Source: Amoebophrya sp. A120 (lineage: Eukaryota > Protista > Dinoflagellata). From it: 64,000 bases of DNA. The stretch's first letter is position 1. The number at the start of each line of letters is the position of its first letter. Positions 11,807 to 23,921 of the stretch are shown piece after piece. The notes beneath the pieces were generated by a model. The model saw only the letters and a list, made by a program, of their open reading frames with translations. It was not told the DNA's origin and searched no databases. The stretch covers positions 5,855,754 to 5,919,753 of the forward strand of contig CAJINV010000005.1 in NCBI GenBank assembly GCA_905178155.1, given 5' to 3'. A program made the translations under genes and the position numbers.

Positions 11807-12697
11807 GCTTTAGCTCGAGAGGACGATTAAGCGATTTTTAGCATCATCTCTTGTATTCTTGTTCTCGACGCCGGCGCGCACGCGACATTCATTCAAGCAA
11901 TCTTCAAGTGTCAATTACAACTACAACTAGTATTCAAGCATGAACCGCACGGCGGTCTGGAGTGTATACTGCGGGTCAGTTCGTTGTAACACACAATTAG
12001 ATCGCGCTCCAACTAAATAAGTAGTAGCTAACAATCAAAACGCTTTGGGTTCCAGAAATGAAATAGAAATGCTATCCCAAAGAGTTTCAGTTTCAGGGTC
12101 CCTGTTCCTGTTGAAGAATAAGATGATGGAGTGAGTAAATTATTGGGTGATGCTCCTTCGTCGAGCTAGAGGAGACAGACGTAGGTGACGACAAAATTAA
12201 AAACCACACATCTACTTCATGTTCATCCCGACTGCAACTTGTTGTAGGAAAAAAATTCTTATTCAGCGCGACGAGGACGAAAGCCATTGTTCTTCATGTT
12301 GAACGATAAGTACGATCATGAAGAACGAAACAGAAAGTTGTGGAACGAGGAGAAGTTTTTATTTGGTTATACGAAGATAACCACGACGAGAAGTTGCTTT
12401 TCTTTAACTTTATGCAGGTCATCATTCTCATGAGCAAGAGCAACGACGAGAGACCGACGACACCATACAGCTGCGTGAAGATGAAATAGGATTTAGAGGC
12501 ACTGACAAGAACAAATTCATATACATGCACAGAACTAATATCCAGCGATAATCAAAAGATGAACAACACATCATGCTCGTCGTGCATACTAGCCAATCGC
12601 GGCTGGATTTACTCCTCGTCTTCGTTTTGTTGAATGAGAATTGTATATTGTGTCCTCGCAATTCGTCTATCTCAATTTATGCAAGTAGAAATTCAAA

Positions 12698-15600
12698 TTA
12701 TTGAGATGAAGATCCTCCAAGAGAAAACTCGTCTTTATTGCTTCCTACTTCCTTGGCATCTTTTGGCTTACGGTCATGCGGCGCTAGTACCTGCTCGAGC
12801 GCTGCATCTACTTCGACGTTTTCCTTACTAGTCGAAGACGTCACTGCAATTATGCTTAGTGAAAACACCCCCAAACAACACCACCGCCCGCAGGCAGAAG
12901 TATCTAAAGTACTTTGTCATGGGGACTTTGCTACACAAGTCAAGTTCCCTGTCGTTCTTGCGCATGACAACTTTGGCCACGTCGCTGCATAGAAATCGAT
13001 CCCATTAACGTTATGCTGAAAATAGCATCACAAATTCCAAAACACCGCTGGAAAACGTTCCTCATGAATGCGGCTACGCCTCCTGCGCATGAATATCTAC
13101 TCTGGGCGAGGGCGCGGCCGGCATCATGCAAATTTCCATGACCCCGACAAGAAATCTGGGGTGCTGCTGCTGGTGGCGTTTTATTTCCACAGGATACCAC
13201 TAACTACGGTAGTAACATGACTGTCATCCACCTCCTCGCTACCGCCAGGTGGGGCGATAAAGCTGGACGGAAGCTGCGTTGTCAGATGGGCGAAGCTGGA
13301 CGGAAGCTGCGCTGTCAGATGGGCGTAGCTGGACGGGAGAGAAGTCAGGCCGGTGAGGGTAGAAGAAGAAATGTTAGCAGCTACAACATCACCAAGATTC
13401 ATCCCGTGATCCCCTTCTCCAGCGGCGGCCCTTCCCCTCCTTAGGGACGGCCCCCTACCACGATGAAGATCGTGGTGATATCGGTGCCCCGCGGACTTCG
13501 GTGTAGACGCCGCGCCTTGTGCACCTACGGTCGTCGTGCCGGGAGAAGACAATCTATAGGGACGAGAAGAGCGGTCTGTTGCCCTAGGATTGGTGGTCGA
13601 ACCGGTTGTGCCTCTCGACACACTGGACGCTTGAGATCTATCGGACGCTGTCGTGCCCCTAGGAACTACTACACCAGTCGTGCTCCGGTCAGCAAATGGT
13701 CCGTGCAATGGTATAACGGAGGAAGTCGCCCTGCTACTCGCTGTGGTCTGTCGGGGGTCATGATGATGGTCGTGCGCAGTTAGCTGTCCACAGTAAGTTT
13801 CCCGTACACGTACAAATGCGGTCTCTGCATGACAAAACTGGGCTTCGATCCTAGTTCAGCATGACAAGTGTTACACTCCGAATTGGTACAATTTGTGATG
13901 CATTTTGTACATATACACGTAAATTTGTATTGCATATCAACACCACAACTGAGGACGCCCTTGTCGGACTTCTTGCCGGTGAGGGCGTTGGGGGGCGGTG
14001 CCGGTGTTCGTGATTCGGGTGATGATGATCATGTAACAAGTGTGTCGCAATTCCTACATGGCTTGTCTGGTCTCTGTAGTCTCTGTAATCCCTATCCCCC
14101 GGCGACGCACCACCAACATTATACGTGTTCCTCGTGCTTGTCCTCACCGTCGGCGTTATCGGGGACACAATTATCGGCGGTATCACCAGCTTCTCACTTT
14201 TCCTTTCATGCTCCTCTCTCAGCTGCCCGTGGAGCTGCGTCGTCCGGGAGCTGGCTCGCGTTTTCCTCGAATTTTTCTGATCGTGATCGTGGTGGTGGTG
14301 ATGGTGGGTTTTTCGCTGACTAGCGGTTTTTCTCGTGTGCCTCTTCTCGTCACCCTCCGGACAACAGCCCCGACACCACGCCTCCTCCGGAGGTTCGATA
14401 CAGCAAAAGTGTTTTCTGCAGACACACACCATTATGAAAATAACGGCTAGAGCGACAAACAGCAGGCCTGCGAGAGCGATCACGACCACCAGCACGCAGC
14501 CACACCCGCCTATGCAAGCCTCACAATGGAAATTCTCAAAGTGGAAGTAAGTAATTTGTGATGCATGAAATGCGACACCGAAAAGACTGTATTGCAGAGG
14601 ACGCCATGGAGGCCGACTATTGCGCTTCTACGGGTTCAGCATTGGGCTGCTGATTAGCACGAGAGAAGGACACACCTTTGCCCTAAGAACTAGCACGATA
14701 GACATGTTTTGAGTGCCAGGGAAATTTGTCATGCGCCGATTAGAAATGGCGCTTCAACTGGAGTCGTTTTTTGCATTACAAATCACTTCCACTTTGAGGA
14801 TTTCCATTCTGAGGTTGTCATACCGCCGCCGCCGGGACCCAGAATGATGCTCGGACCGTAACTTGGGAACCCTGAACCACCAAAGCCAGCTGCACCAGCT
14901 GTGACGTCGGAAGTTGTTGTTGCGTCATCGCCACAGCAACTGTTTCTGAGAACCTTCTGGACCTCCACAGGTGATTCTTGCGGTGCGAAGTCCTGCTCTG
15001 GCAGGTCATCGCCAGTTCCTGCTACTGCTGGCAGTAAACGTCTCTTGCTTGGAGCCGTTTCACTTCCAACATCACTGGAGGATTGCGATTGCGGCCCAGG
15101 TTTCGTTTCTCCTCGCGTAGTACTGCCCTTGATGATGCTCATCCTTCTATGTTTGCCGCGGCCGCCGCGCTGCTCAATATCTACTTTAATATCACGTGGT
15201 TTATTACCACGACTTCCATCGGCGGGGCCCCGATGTTGATCTTCCTGCTCTTGATGATGATTGCGATCGGAAGTAGGACGAGCACCTTGTTGGCGATGTC
15301 GTTTGACCTTGACGCTTGTTTTCATCTCGCTATCCATAGGTGTTGGTAGGCCCGGCTCATGATCTACAACATCCTTGTCGTTCTCCACTCTGCTCTGCTG
15401 CAAGAGTGAACCGATCGTCGTGGCCCTCTTCGCATTCCCATTCGTGTTCTTGATGGCAGAAGTAACAGTTGTCGTACTTCCAGGTGTACCCTGCCTTCTT
15501 GAAAAAATTTCTATTGATTTCGACCTAGAAGGAGCTCTTCGTTTAGTTCTCTGCGAGGAAACTACTGATGTAGCAGAAGACCCCCGCCTCTGCTCCTGCG

Positions 15601-15886
15601 GAAGCAGAACGACCGCGTGGGAAAATATGAAGCTGGTGCAGTCGACGACGTTTTCGCTTCTGTTTCTGATTCGTCCCGACGATCTTGTTCTACCCCACGC
15701 CGTCTCACCGTCGGTATCGCTTGTTGCATCCTCTGTTGGCAACAAATTGTCGTGGAACTGGAGCCACTTAGAGGGCCGCCACTGCGTTAGGAAGGCGACA
15801 GTGACGAGGAGAAGGCGTTTGCTCCAGCCCTGCGGCACTCTCCTGTTGAGGAACATACTCAAGAGATCGTGGTTGAGCCGAGCCAT
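12698..15886 (-). CDS. Type-I membrane protein, ~786 aa, low complexity, 3 introns
   Basis: ORFs 14783-15886, 13851-14495 and 13181-13708 join in frame after removing elements 14511-14822 and 13785-13936 and GT-AG intron 12844-13197. TM helix VLVVVIALAGLLFVALAVIFIMV followed by a Cys cluster. Confidence 0.75.
12851..13196. mobile_element. Decayed F7-like introner, now a GT-AG intron (12844-13197)
   Basis: TAT...ATA retained; minus strand reads G|GTATCC...CATAATTGCAG|TG. Confidence 0.6.
13785..13936. mobile_element. Introner F3, 152 bp (TGT end)
   Basis: TIR present; DR diverged (TTAGC/TCAAC); removal restores the frame. Confidence 0.8.
14511..14822. mobile_element. Introner F4-like (AATGGAAAT.CTCAAAGTGGAAGT), 312 bp
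   Basis: TAT...ATA, ~40-bp TIR, DR CCGCC/CCGCC. Confidence 0.9.
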
Positions 15887-16785
15887 TGATGTTCTTAAAC
15901 TTGGAGCATTATAAGCATGACAGGGGCGGGAGGAGCGCTAGCAGAACTACTACTAGCTAGTACTAGCAGTGACTTTTACATGAACATGTAATGGAAAACT
16001 ATACAATTGAGCGATTTTTTACCCACACTGCTAGCACTCAATACCAGCAAGAAAGAACAAACACCAGTACAGGAAAAAGACGGAAATTGGAGGAGGGCAG
16101 CAAGCTACTTCTTGATGGGGGGTAAGACATCTTCGTTGGTAGAGCTGAATGTCACAGCAGAACCGGTGGATTTCTTGACAGTGGACGAGCGATAAGACTT
16201 TCAGCCAAGAACGAGGAGGACGAGGACGACAACTAGTACGAGCGAAACGGAACGAGAAGGTGTAGAACAACGACGATATTAGTTCGGAACGATGACGATT
16301 TTACATGGATGACGAAGACGAAGGCTCCTTGTGTTGCAAACAACGGACTACAACATCTATCACCACCGAAGTTTTTTGAAACCACACAACAAAACGCACG
16401 AGGAGCAAAACATCGAAAAAAATCATACAGAGCATAAGCAACACAGATTCGACAAGGCTGCGACTTTTCGTCACGATAGTTCTAAACGAAGCACCTGCAG
16501 CAAGGTGGTGCAAGAAACAGATCGATGAAGATTTCTTTTCAAGTAGAGTCAAGTCAAAAAAGGTTTCTCGAGCAAAAAACGATAGCATTGACAAACAAAA
16601 GCGATTTTTTGTTGCCATTTAAACTTCCGTCTCGGTGGTCAACAACTTCTCTATCTGAAGATCTTGGATTCAGCCGCGTCTCTATAAATTCATTTTGGAA
16701 AGAAGCGCCAAAACATGTCGTCCCTCACTGATCCGCTACGAAATCTGCTCGTTACAACGATTACCCTCGATTGTAGTCAACAGCA

Positions 16786-19700
16786 TCACAGTTCATTATC
16801 CACAGAAAAAAAACCATCCACGTCCATTTTTTGCATGACAACCACGTGGCTTCATGCGTGCTTTGTTGCCGGACAAATTGGATGTGGATGGGCTTTTTTC
16901 TGTGGATATTCATCCCGCAAGCTTCGAAACCGGATTTCCGCCATATTATCGCCCATCAATGGGCACACGTCCGTGACCATGCAGAACGCCCGGGAGACCT
17001 GGCCAATGGTGTATCAAACGGAAAAATCCCCCCTCCCCATATCGAAATGGAAATCTGTGATGCAGGATTTGAGGCACCAAATCGACTTGTCATGCTAGAA
17101 GGCCAAGAGCCGCGGTCGTGGTCCCTTTCGCAAGCAATTTGTCATGCTGTTTCCCACTCTCAGCTGCCTCCTATCATGCTGAAGATGCAAGGCCCCCCCA
17201 CGCCACCCAGCACTACAGTCCGCATCTTTTCCCGTGTAGCATGACAAAGCTGATTTGTGACAACAAATCTGCATCACAGATTTCCGTTTTGATATGGGGA
17301 GGGGGGATTTTTCCTTTTGATATGGTGAGCACCCGCTTCTCCAAGTCGGCTTGTCTCACTTTTATCAAGTGTAAAAATGTCTGGGTCTGGAAGAATTCGC
17401 GATTTGTCATGCTGCTTTTCCATGACCCATGAGGTCTGGGATGCAGGACCTAGCATGACAGATTCTGCGAGACCTTTCTAATGCCCATCCTGCATGAGAA
17501 ACTACCTCCCGACTTATTGGTCAAAACTAGACGACTTTTGGTAATCATGCAACACAGATTTTTGCACGCTGCAGATTTAGCGTGACAAGTTGCAATCTTC
17601 CAGACCCAGACATTTTTACATTTGATAACTTTGTATGCGTTGCAAATGTGATGTCTGGATCGTCTGGAAGAATGCGAGATTTGTTATGCTAATCTGGCAT
17701 GACACTGAGCTCTGTATTGCGTGGCCAGCAAGAGCGCGACGTCATGTCTGTCATACGAAAACGCTGCTTCTCATACAGATGACGCAAAACAGTGTTGCAA
17801 CGGAAAAATCTGGCATGCTTGGCGGTGCATGAAAGGGCGCTTCCTATAATTCACTGACATGCATCACAACTTTCAAGACCCAGACATATTTGCACTCGAT
17901 ACTTTGCTCCGGTTTTTCTCCTCCTCGTTGAGTAAATGCCCTCGTACCAGAGGATCCTTTGTCAGGTCGACGTCGTTATCGAGTGCAAAAATGTCTGGGT
18001 CTGGAAGAGTGTAAACTTGTCATGCAGATTTTCCATTACCCACGAGGTCTGGAGTGCGGGACTTAGCATGACAGACTCATCTGCGAGGTCTCCGCCATGC
18101 CTATCCTGCATGAGAAACTCCCTCCCAACTTGGTCGAAAGTGGACAGCTTTTGGCACTCATGCAGCACAGATTTTTGTATGCTTCAGATTTACCATGACA
18201 AGTTACCAACTTCCAGACCGAAACATTTTTGCAATTGATAGTCGTTCTGCGGGATTATTTCGATCGGCTCCTCTGTAAACTCGTACCCCAGAATATGCAA
18301 CACAACTTTACCGTACAACATGTACGAAAATGCATGACAAATAACGATCTGCTCGCAAAGTTGGAGCGTCAAACTTGTCATGCTCATGCTGTCTAAGATT
18401 GAGGGAAAGTTTTGTCATGCAGAGACAGCAGTTGTACGTCGTGTACGGGAAATTTCCTATGGATACAGAATCTCGTGGAACTTTTCCATAAGCATCTGCC
18501 GCGCCCGGCGCTTTTTCAGACTGATCCCGTCGTAACTGTACATTCGCAAGACGTCCTTCAGGTTGTCGTCGTTGGACCTGACCGATTATGCAGCGCAAAA
18601 GTATCGCTCTCGTACTCGTACTGATAGCATTAGCAGTTAAACACGACAGATGTGCTATCTGAATTTGAGTTTGACCTCACATCCGCATGATAAGCTGAAG
18701 TTTTCTGTAAACAAACAAATTGCCTCCGCCTTGCAAATTTTTTTGCTGAGAGCGCGACAATACTTTTGCATTGCATACCGATTCCGTGCACACCTCGGCC
18801 ATTGCGTGTTTCTGCCAAAATTTGTTTCCTTGGCCGATCGGAACTTTGTACCCCTCACTGTCTGTCTCGTTCATCTTTTTCATCATCAGTTTCCGCTCTT
18901 CAATCTCCGGGTCGTTGCCCTGTGTTCTCCGGATGACCTTGTAGAAGTACTTCGGGGCGTTTTTCTTGTGCTTCTTGTGCGGTTGCCGGAACTCGATTGA
19001 TTGCATGGTGTTGGTGACCTATCGCAAGAAAAAACTGTTTCACTGTGAACTTCTAATGCAGAAACTGCATCTGAGAAGTGTTTGTCTTGCTACACATGCT
19101 GCAAGACAGTGGATTTTTAGCTGTCTTTTCCCTTAGGAATCTAGCATGGCAAATTTTCTCTGTGATGTAGAGCAAACTTGTGATGCAGAACTTGCAAAAT
19201 CCTTACAGTGAAACACTATTTGCGTACGATATGGCCTTGCTCGTGCTGCGGCCGTCGGTCACATGCTCGTCGAGGTTCGTATGGCGTTCTCAAACGTTAC
19301 ATTTTCAACTGTTACATGATTTGTCATGCAAAACTCTCATCAGTATCACTATCATCAAGCTGCTTCGCATGACAAATTTACAAACGGCTAAACAGTATCT
19401 ATATCTGTGCCGAACCTGTAATGCAAAAGGCGCAATCTTCACCCTTGCATTTTTGCCATGCTTGCATTACAAATTCACGTAGCAGTTGAGAGTGTAACGT
19501 TTGAGAACGCCATAGTTCGGATTTGCGAGGTCGAAGTCCGCACCGGGTACTTCGAGGATCAGGTAGCGCCCGAAAAGGTCATCCGGGTCGTTTTGGAAGT
19601 AGTCATCGTCGAGATCTTATGCAATACAAATTTCCCGTACATGATGCACAACATGCATCACAAATTTCATCATCAATTTGGAGCGTAAAACTTGTCATTC

Positions 19701-20447
19701 TAAACTAGCATCGAAGCGGCCAAGTTTTGTCATGCATAGACCGCATCTGTACGTGTACGAGAAATTTCCTGTGAATAGATCTTTTTTCATCCCCGTTTTC
19801 TTGGCATTACCAGTAGTGTCCTGCTCTCCTGTATTCCCGCTATCTTTATTGCCGCTGTCCATCAAATTTCCACTGAGAGAACCGATTTTCATCGTGTTTT
19901 GCAAATTTTGAAACGCCACGGTCAGTTCTTCTTCGGTTTTCCACTTCGTTGCGTCTTTGTCGCTGGTCGCTGCACGAACTCCGGCCGTTTCTTCTTGGTC
20001 ATCTTCGCCTCCAGAAGCCCCCCCTGCTTCTTCTAGCAACTTTTTCTCATTCTCTTTCTGCAATTCCCTCTCCAAAACCGCCCGCAAGTCCTCCGGCTTT
20101 TTCGACTTGCCGATTCCGTTGGTGTCGCAGACGGAATCGAAAAAGTCGTAGATTTTGTCTTCGTCTTTCGGGTCGAGTTTATCCTCCTCCACCTGCTCGA
20201 GCATGTGCCGGACCACGATTTGGCAGACGGGGCACTTGATGTACGGTTTGGCGCGTTGCCACCGTTCTTTGATCTCCCAGTCGGCATTTGCCTCAAAAGA
20301 CTCCGGCATTTGCATCACGGCGGTGGCTGTCTGGTTGTTGTAAAAATTGAAATGCATGTTGAGCAGGAGAAGCAACGTTGAGGAGAGTCTTGAGGCAGCT
20401 GGCCGAAGGGTGAGGCCACACGAGGACCTCTTCCGCAGTGGGAGCAT
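16786..20447 (-). CDS. Canopy-like ER saposin-fold protein, ~473 aa, with 10 introner introns
   Basis: Hydrophobic leader, CPVC...FFDSVCD, HAMAEVC, RAFCMVTDVC (six-Cys saposin pattern) and C-terminal RDEL-stop appear only after removing all 10 elements plus one DR each (CDS 1422 nt). Confidence 0.8.
16797..16908. mobile_element. Introner F11, 112 bp
   Basis: TIR TATCCACAGAAAAAA..CCATCCAC, DR TTCAT/TTCAT; it splits the RDEL codons. Confidence 0.9.
17012..17322. mobile_element. Introner F8 (GGAAAAATCCCCCCTCCCCATAT), 311 bp
   Basis: TAT...ATA, long TIR, DR TGGTG/TGGTG. Confidence 0.9.
17363..17627. mobile_element. Introner F1, 265 bp
   Basis: DR ACTTT/ACTTT. Confidence 0.9.
17634..17901. mobile_element. 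Introner F1 (diverged), 268 bp
   Basis: DR CTTTG/CTTTG; only 6 nt from the previous element. Confidence 0.85.
17977..18240. mobile_element. Introner F1, 264 bp
   Basis: DR GTCGT/GTCGT. Confidence 0.9.
18294..18465. mobile_element. Introner F3, 172 bp
   Basis: DR CAGAA/CAGAA. Confidence 0.9.
18587..18777. mobile_element. Introner F2-type, 191 bp
   Basis: DR CCGAT/CCGAT. Confidence 0.9.
19020..19231. mobile_element. Introner F6 (TATCGCAAGAAAAAACTGTTTCACTGT), 212 bp
   Basis: DR TGACC/TGGCC. Confidence 0.9.
19280..19514. mobile_element. Introner F5 (TATGGCGTTCTCAAACGTTACA), 235 bp
   Basis: DR GTTCG/GTTCG. Confidence 0.9.
19618..19777. mobile_element. Introner F3, 160 bp
   Basis: DR GATCT/GATCT. 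Confidence 0.9.
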
Positions 20448-21097
20448 CCTGGTTGTTTCTGTTTCTCGGAGGTGAGCAGACTTTGCTTTGTTTATTAGTA
20501 CTCAAACTCTACTTCACGGCGCCCCAAGAAGCAAAGCAGGTTGGTGCCGGTTGTTGAAACAAGATAGTTAGATCAGAAAAAACGCGGCCCTACATCAGTT
20601 AAAACTCTCGCCGAACATGCAGGAAAACAACCATGAACTACCTTGAAGATCAAGATGTCCCGTCCTTTTGAAAAACGAAAACGCATTTGGAATTGGATCA
20701 AGTTCAAGGTGGATCACTAAATAATCAATCGGACTTCTCCAGCTGGGGGACCTGAAATACGAAAAAATTCGTCCTCGCCTCGTCCACACTCGGCAAGAAC
20801 AGCAACAAGCTGCGCAACAGCGACAGCAGGCATCAACAGAGCGTCGCATTGTTATTATCTTTCATCTTGTGGCTCGATAACAGCCCGCGACTAACAAGAT
20901 CAGCACCTCCACTTCCTTTGATAGAGGGCTAGTGCCAAGATGTTGACTTGTCTTCGTCGATGAAGAGAAAGTTTTTTGTCGCTTGTGGACGAGATTGGGT
21001 TAAAAATTGTTCCTATGTGTCGGATTTCTTGAAAAAATCGTTCGTAAACAGGGGCCAGGAATAAATCGACAAGAAGGTAGTTCAACATATACATCGC

Positions 21098-23665
21098 TTA
21101 CTTCTTGTCTTTGTCCTTATCCTTGCCCTCCTTTTTGTCGTCCCCATCTTTCTTTTCCTCATCCCCTTTTATTGCCGCTTGTATTCTTTCATCGTTCAGA
21201 TCTACCCCGGGTAACTCTGCCAACAAGCTCGCCATGAAGTCCGGATCTTGAAACAGATTCGCTTCTGGTGCCTGATCCGCGGCTGGGGCTGCTGAGGAGG
21301 AGGAAGCCGCTGCTGCTGCTGGTGCGGCTGCTGATGTTGTCGTTTCTTCGGTTTTTTGCTTCTTTTCTGCTGGCTCACCAGTTCCCGTAGGTTCTACTGG
21401 GGCGGTAGAGGAGGTCGCGGGGGCTGCCGCAGGAGGGTTGGCTTCTGTTGTTTTTGCATTGATTGTTTGATCTTGATGCGTAGAATGCATGACAAAATCA
21501 TCATCATGAGCATTCTGTTCCATCGAAGATGCAGATGCAGTTCATGCAACACAAAGAAAATGTGTGATGCGAGATCAAGCAGCACCACAAAGACCATTTC
21601 GGAAAAAAAAATCTGATGCGAGATCACGCAACACAAAGATACTTTACCTTGCATGCTGAGCAAGATCGCTTGCCTCAGGTCCTCGTCCATGTCTTCGAAG
21701 CCTGGGATTTCGGGGTGCGTTGACGCCGCTGGTGCGGCGGGGGCGGAGGCGCCTGTTTATTTTAGTGTTGCATTTATGCATCACAAAATTCTCATCAAGC
21801 TGGCTCCGCATTACAAATTCCAGTTCTCATGCTGATAAAATTTATCGCATGACTCATGCGATAAAAATTTCTATCTACGTAGTGTAAAAATGCATCCACA
21901 AGTATACCTGCCGCAGCTCCGCCACTTGCACTCTCCCCAGCTGGTGCGGCCGCCGCTCCGGCAGCGGGCGCGGCTGCCGCGTCGCCGCCTTCCCCCGGTC
22001 CTTCCTCTCGTCTTCTGGCTTCTTCCATGGAGTATACATTGCAAATATGTCTGCGTCTGGAAGAGTGCAAGTCTGTCATGCTAGTCTGGCATGACTCGAG
22101 AATCTGTGTTGCATAGGCACGAAAAGTAGGCCCTCTTACATGTCATGCAAAAACGCAGTCTGCCATGCGGAATACATAACACATGGCAGCCAAAAAAAAT
22201 GTCATGCGTAGCTGCTTATTGCAGTGCGTCTATCATTCACTTTTGGCATTACAAGTTTCCAGACCCAGACACATTTGCAATCCATATGGAGATGCGCAGT
22301 GCCAATGCGAGTTCTGGATCCGCATTTGGGTCGACACCGAGTTCGTAGTTGTCCCCGCCGGCCGCGCCGGGGGCCGGACCGCCGCCTTCGCCTGGGGTTT
22401 TGGAATTGTCGTGTTTCGTTTGTAATGCGGTTTTTTCAAGACGCATGAACAACGCAGAACACGTGCGTCGTGAGAAAAATTTACCATGTAAAAAGCAACT
22501 TCACGTCTCTAAGAACAAAAACGTCAACTCCTTTATACCGAAGCAAATCGCGGAGCTGAGTATTGCGTCCGATAAAATCTTCGGTAATTCCACTTCGATC
22601 AGATGGCTTGTGTCGTTGCTGTTGCAGGAATCTATCAGTTTCTGGAGCTTTGGGCGGTTCTCCTCGATCTCGCCAAAAGATACGATGTCGAGCGTGACGT
22701 TGTTCTTTTTCAGGTTCTTTCCCAGGGTTTCCAGCTGCTTTTCCTGTTTTTTGAGTCGTGTTAGTTTTCATGTTTTTCGTATACTTACCATCTATGGCCT
22801 TGGCCGCCGTTCGCATATAAAAAAGCGAATGGACGACTTGTTCTTAGAGTATTCGGCATGAGCATGACACAGTTACGCTTTTTACGACACGGAATCATAT
22901 TACGTAGTATACCGTTGCCTCCACTGGGCTTCCGACGAAGCTGATGATCTTTTGTTTCTGGTTCTTGTTCTGCCGGTGCTTTAACGCCAAGGTCGCGGTT
23001 TGTATTGCTTTTACCAAATCCGCCTTCCCCTTGATCTGCATCTCCGACAGTGCCGCGATAAAAGCGCCTAAATCCGTCGTGGGCGTCAGGTGAATCTCTG
23101 CCCGCTCCCCCGCCATCGTCATCAAACCTACTCCGGTTTCAGGGTTCTGCCCCGTTTTGTGGCCGGCAAGCAGGTTTGTGGCGTTCTCAAACGTTACATT
23201 CTCAACTGTTACATGAATTTGTAATGCAAGACTAGCACAGGCGAGAGGGAGAACCTTGCGCGTCTTGCATTACAGGTTTGATCCGGATTACAGTGCTATT
23301 TAGCCTTCCGAGAATTTGTCATGCGAAGCAGCTTGATCGTCTGGCGGGTCATGGTCATTTTGCATGACAAATCATGTAACAGTTGAGAATGTAACGTTTG
23401 AGAACCCCATAAGGTTGGCGGCTTCGTTTTGACCGTCGAACCGAGACGGGGTGTAGTCACAGTTGCCTGTTATAGGTAGGTTCTTGACCGTGTTTGTCTT
23501 TTTTTGTCATGCGTATGGTGGTACTAGATGAACAAATGGCGTCTGTCATGCAATAATTCGCATACTACATCATGCTACCCTGCGGAAAAATCTTTGTATT
23601 GCAAGAAAGCGAATACGGCTCCACTCCGAGTTGTCGACGCAAATCATTACCGCCTCGAGCCCCAT
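21098..23665 (-). CDS. RPN10: 26S proteasome ubiquitin-receptor subunit Rpn10/PSMD4, ~414 aa, 7 introns
   Basis: vWA start MGLEAVMICVDNSEWSRNCDYTPSRF...NPETGVGLMTMAG, ALKHRQNKNQKQKIISFVGSP, UIMs DPELALALRISMEE and DEDLRQAILLSMQ, C-terminal LAELPGVD. GT-AG introns 23467-23616, 22744-22912, 22392-22538, 21753-21907, 21445-21647 plus two introners. Confidence 0.97.
22033..22286. mobile_element. Introner F1, 254 bp, inside UIM1 of RPN10
   Basis: DR TGGAG/TGGAG; removal restores LRIS|MEE. Confidence 0.95.
23177..23411. mobile_element. Introner F5, 235 bp (TGT end), inside the RPN10 vWA domain
   Basis: DR AGGTT/AGGTT; removal restores AANL|LAGHKT; no GT-AG pair in any DR register. Confidence 0.95.
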
Positions 23666-23921
23666 CTTGCCTTGCTGCTTTTTTGATACCAGAAAATCTA
23701 CGTACTTGACTTTAGATCTACTCGAAGTCAAATCTTTATGCTCATACTGTGATTGTAAACTCAAAACTCTCACTCTACAAGTAAAATTCGTCGTGCTCTA
23801 AAGGTCAGCTCTAGAAGAAGATTTGTTGTTTTTGTCGCTGAAGTTCAAAACCAAAGGCAAAAAAGGAAGGTAGTAAGTTGATGCTCGTCTTGAGTATTCA
23901 GCGCTACTTTGCTTTTTGATC

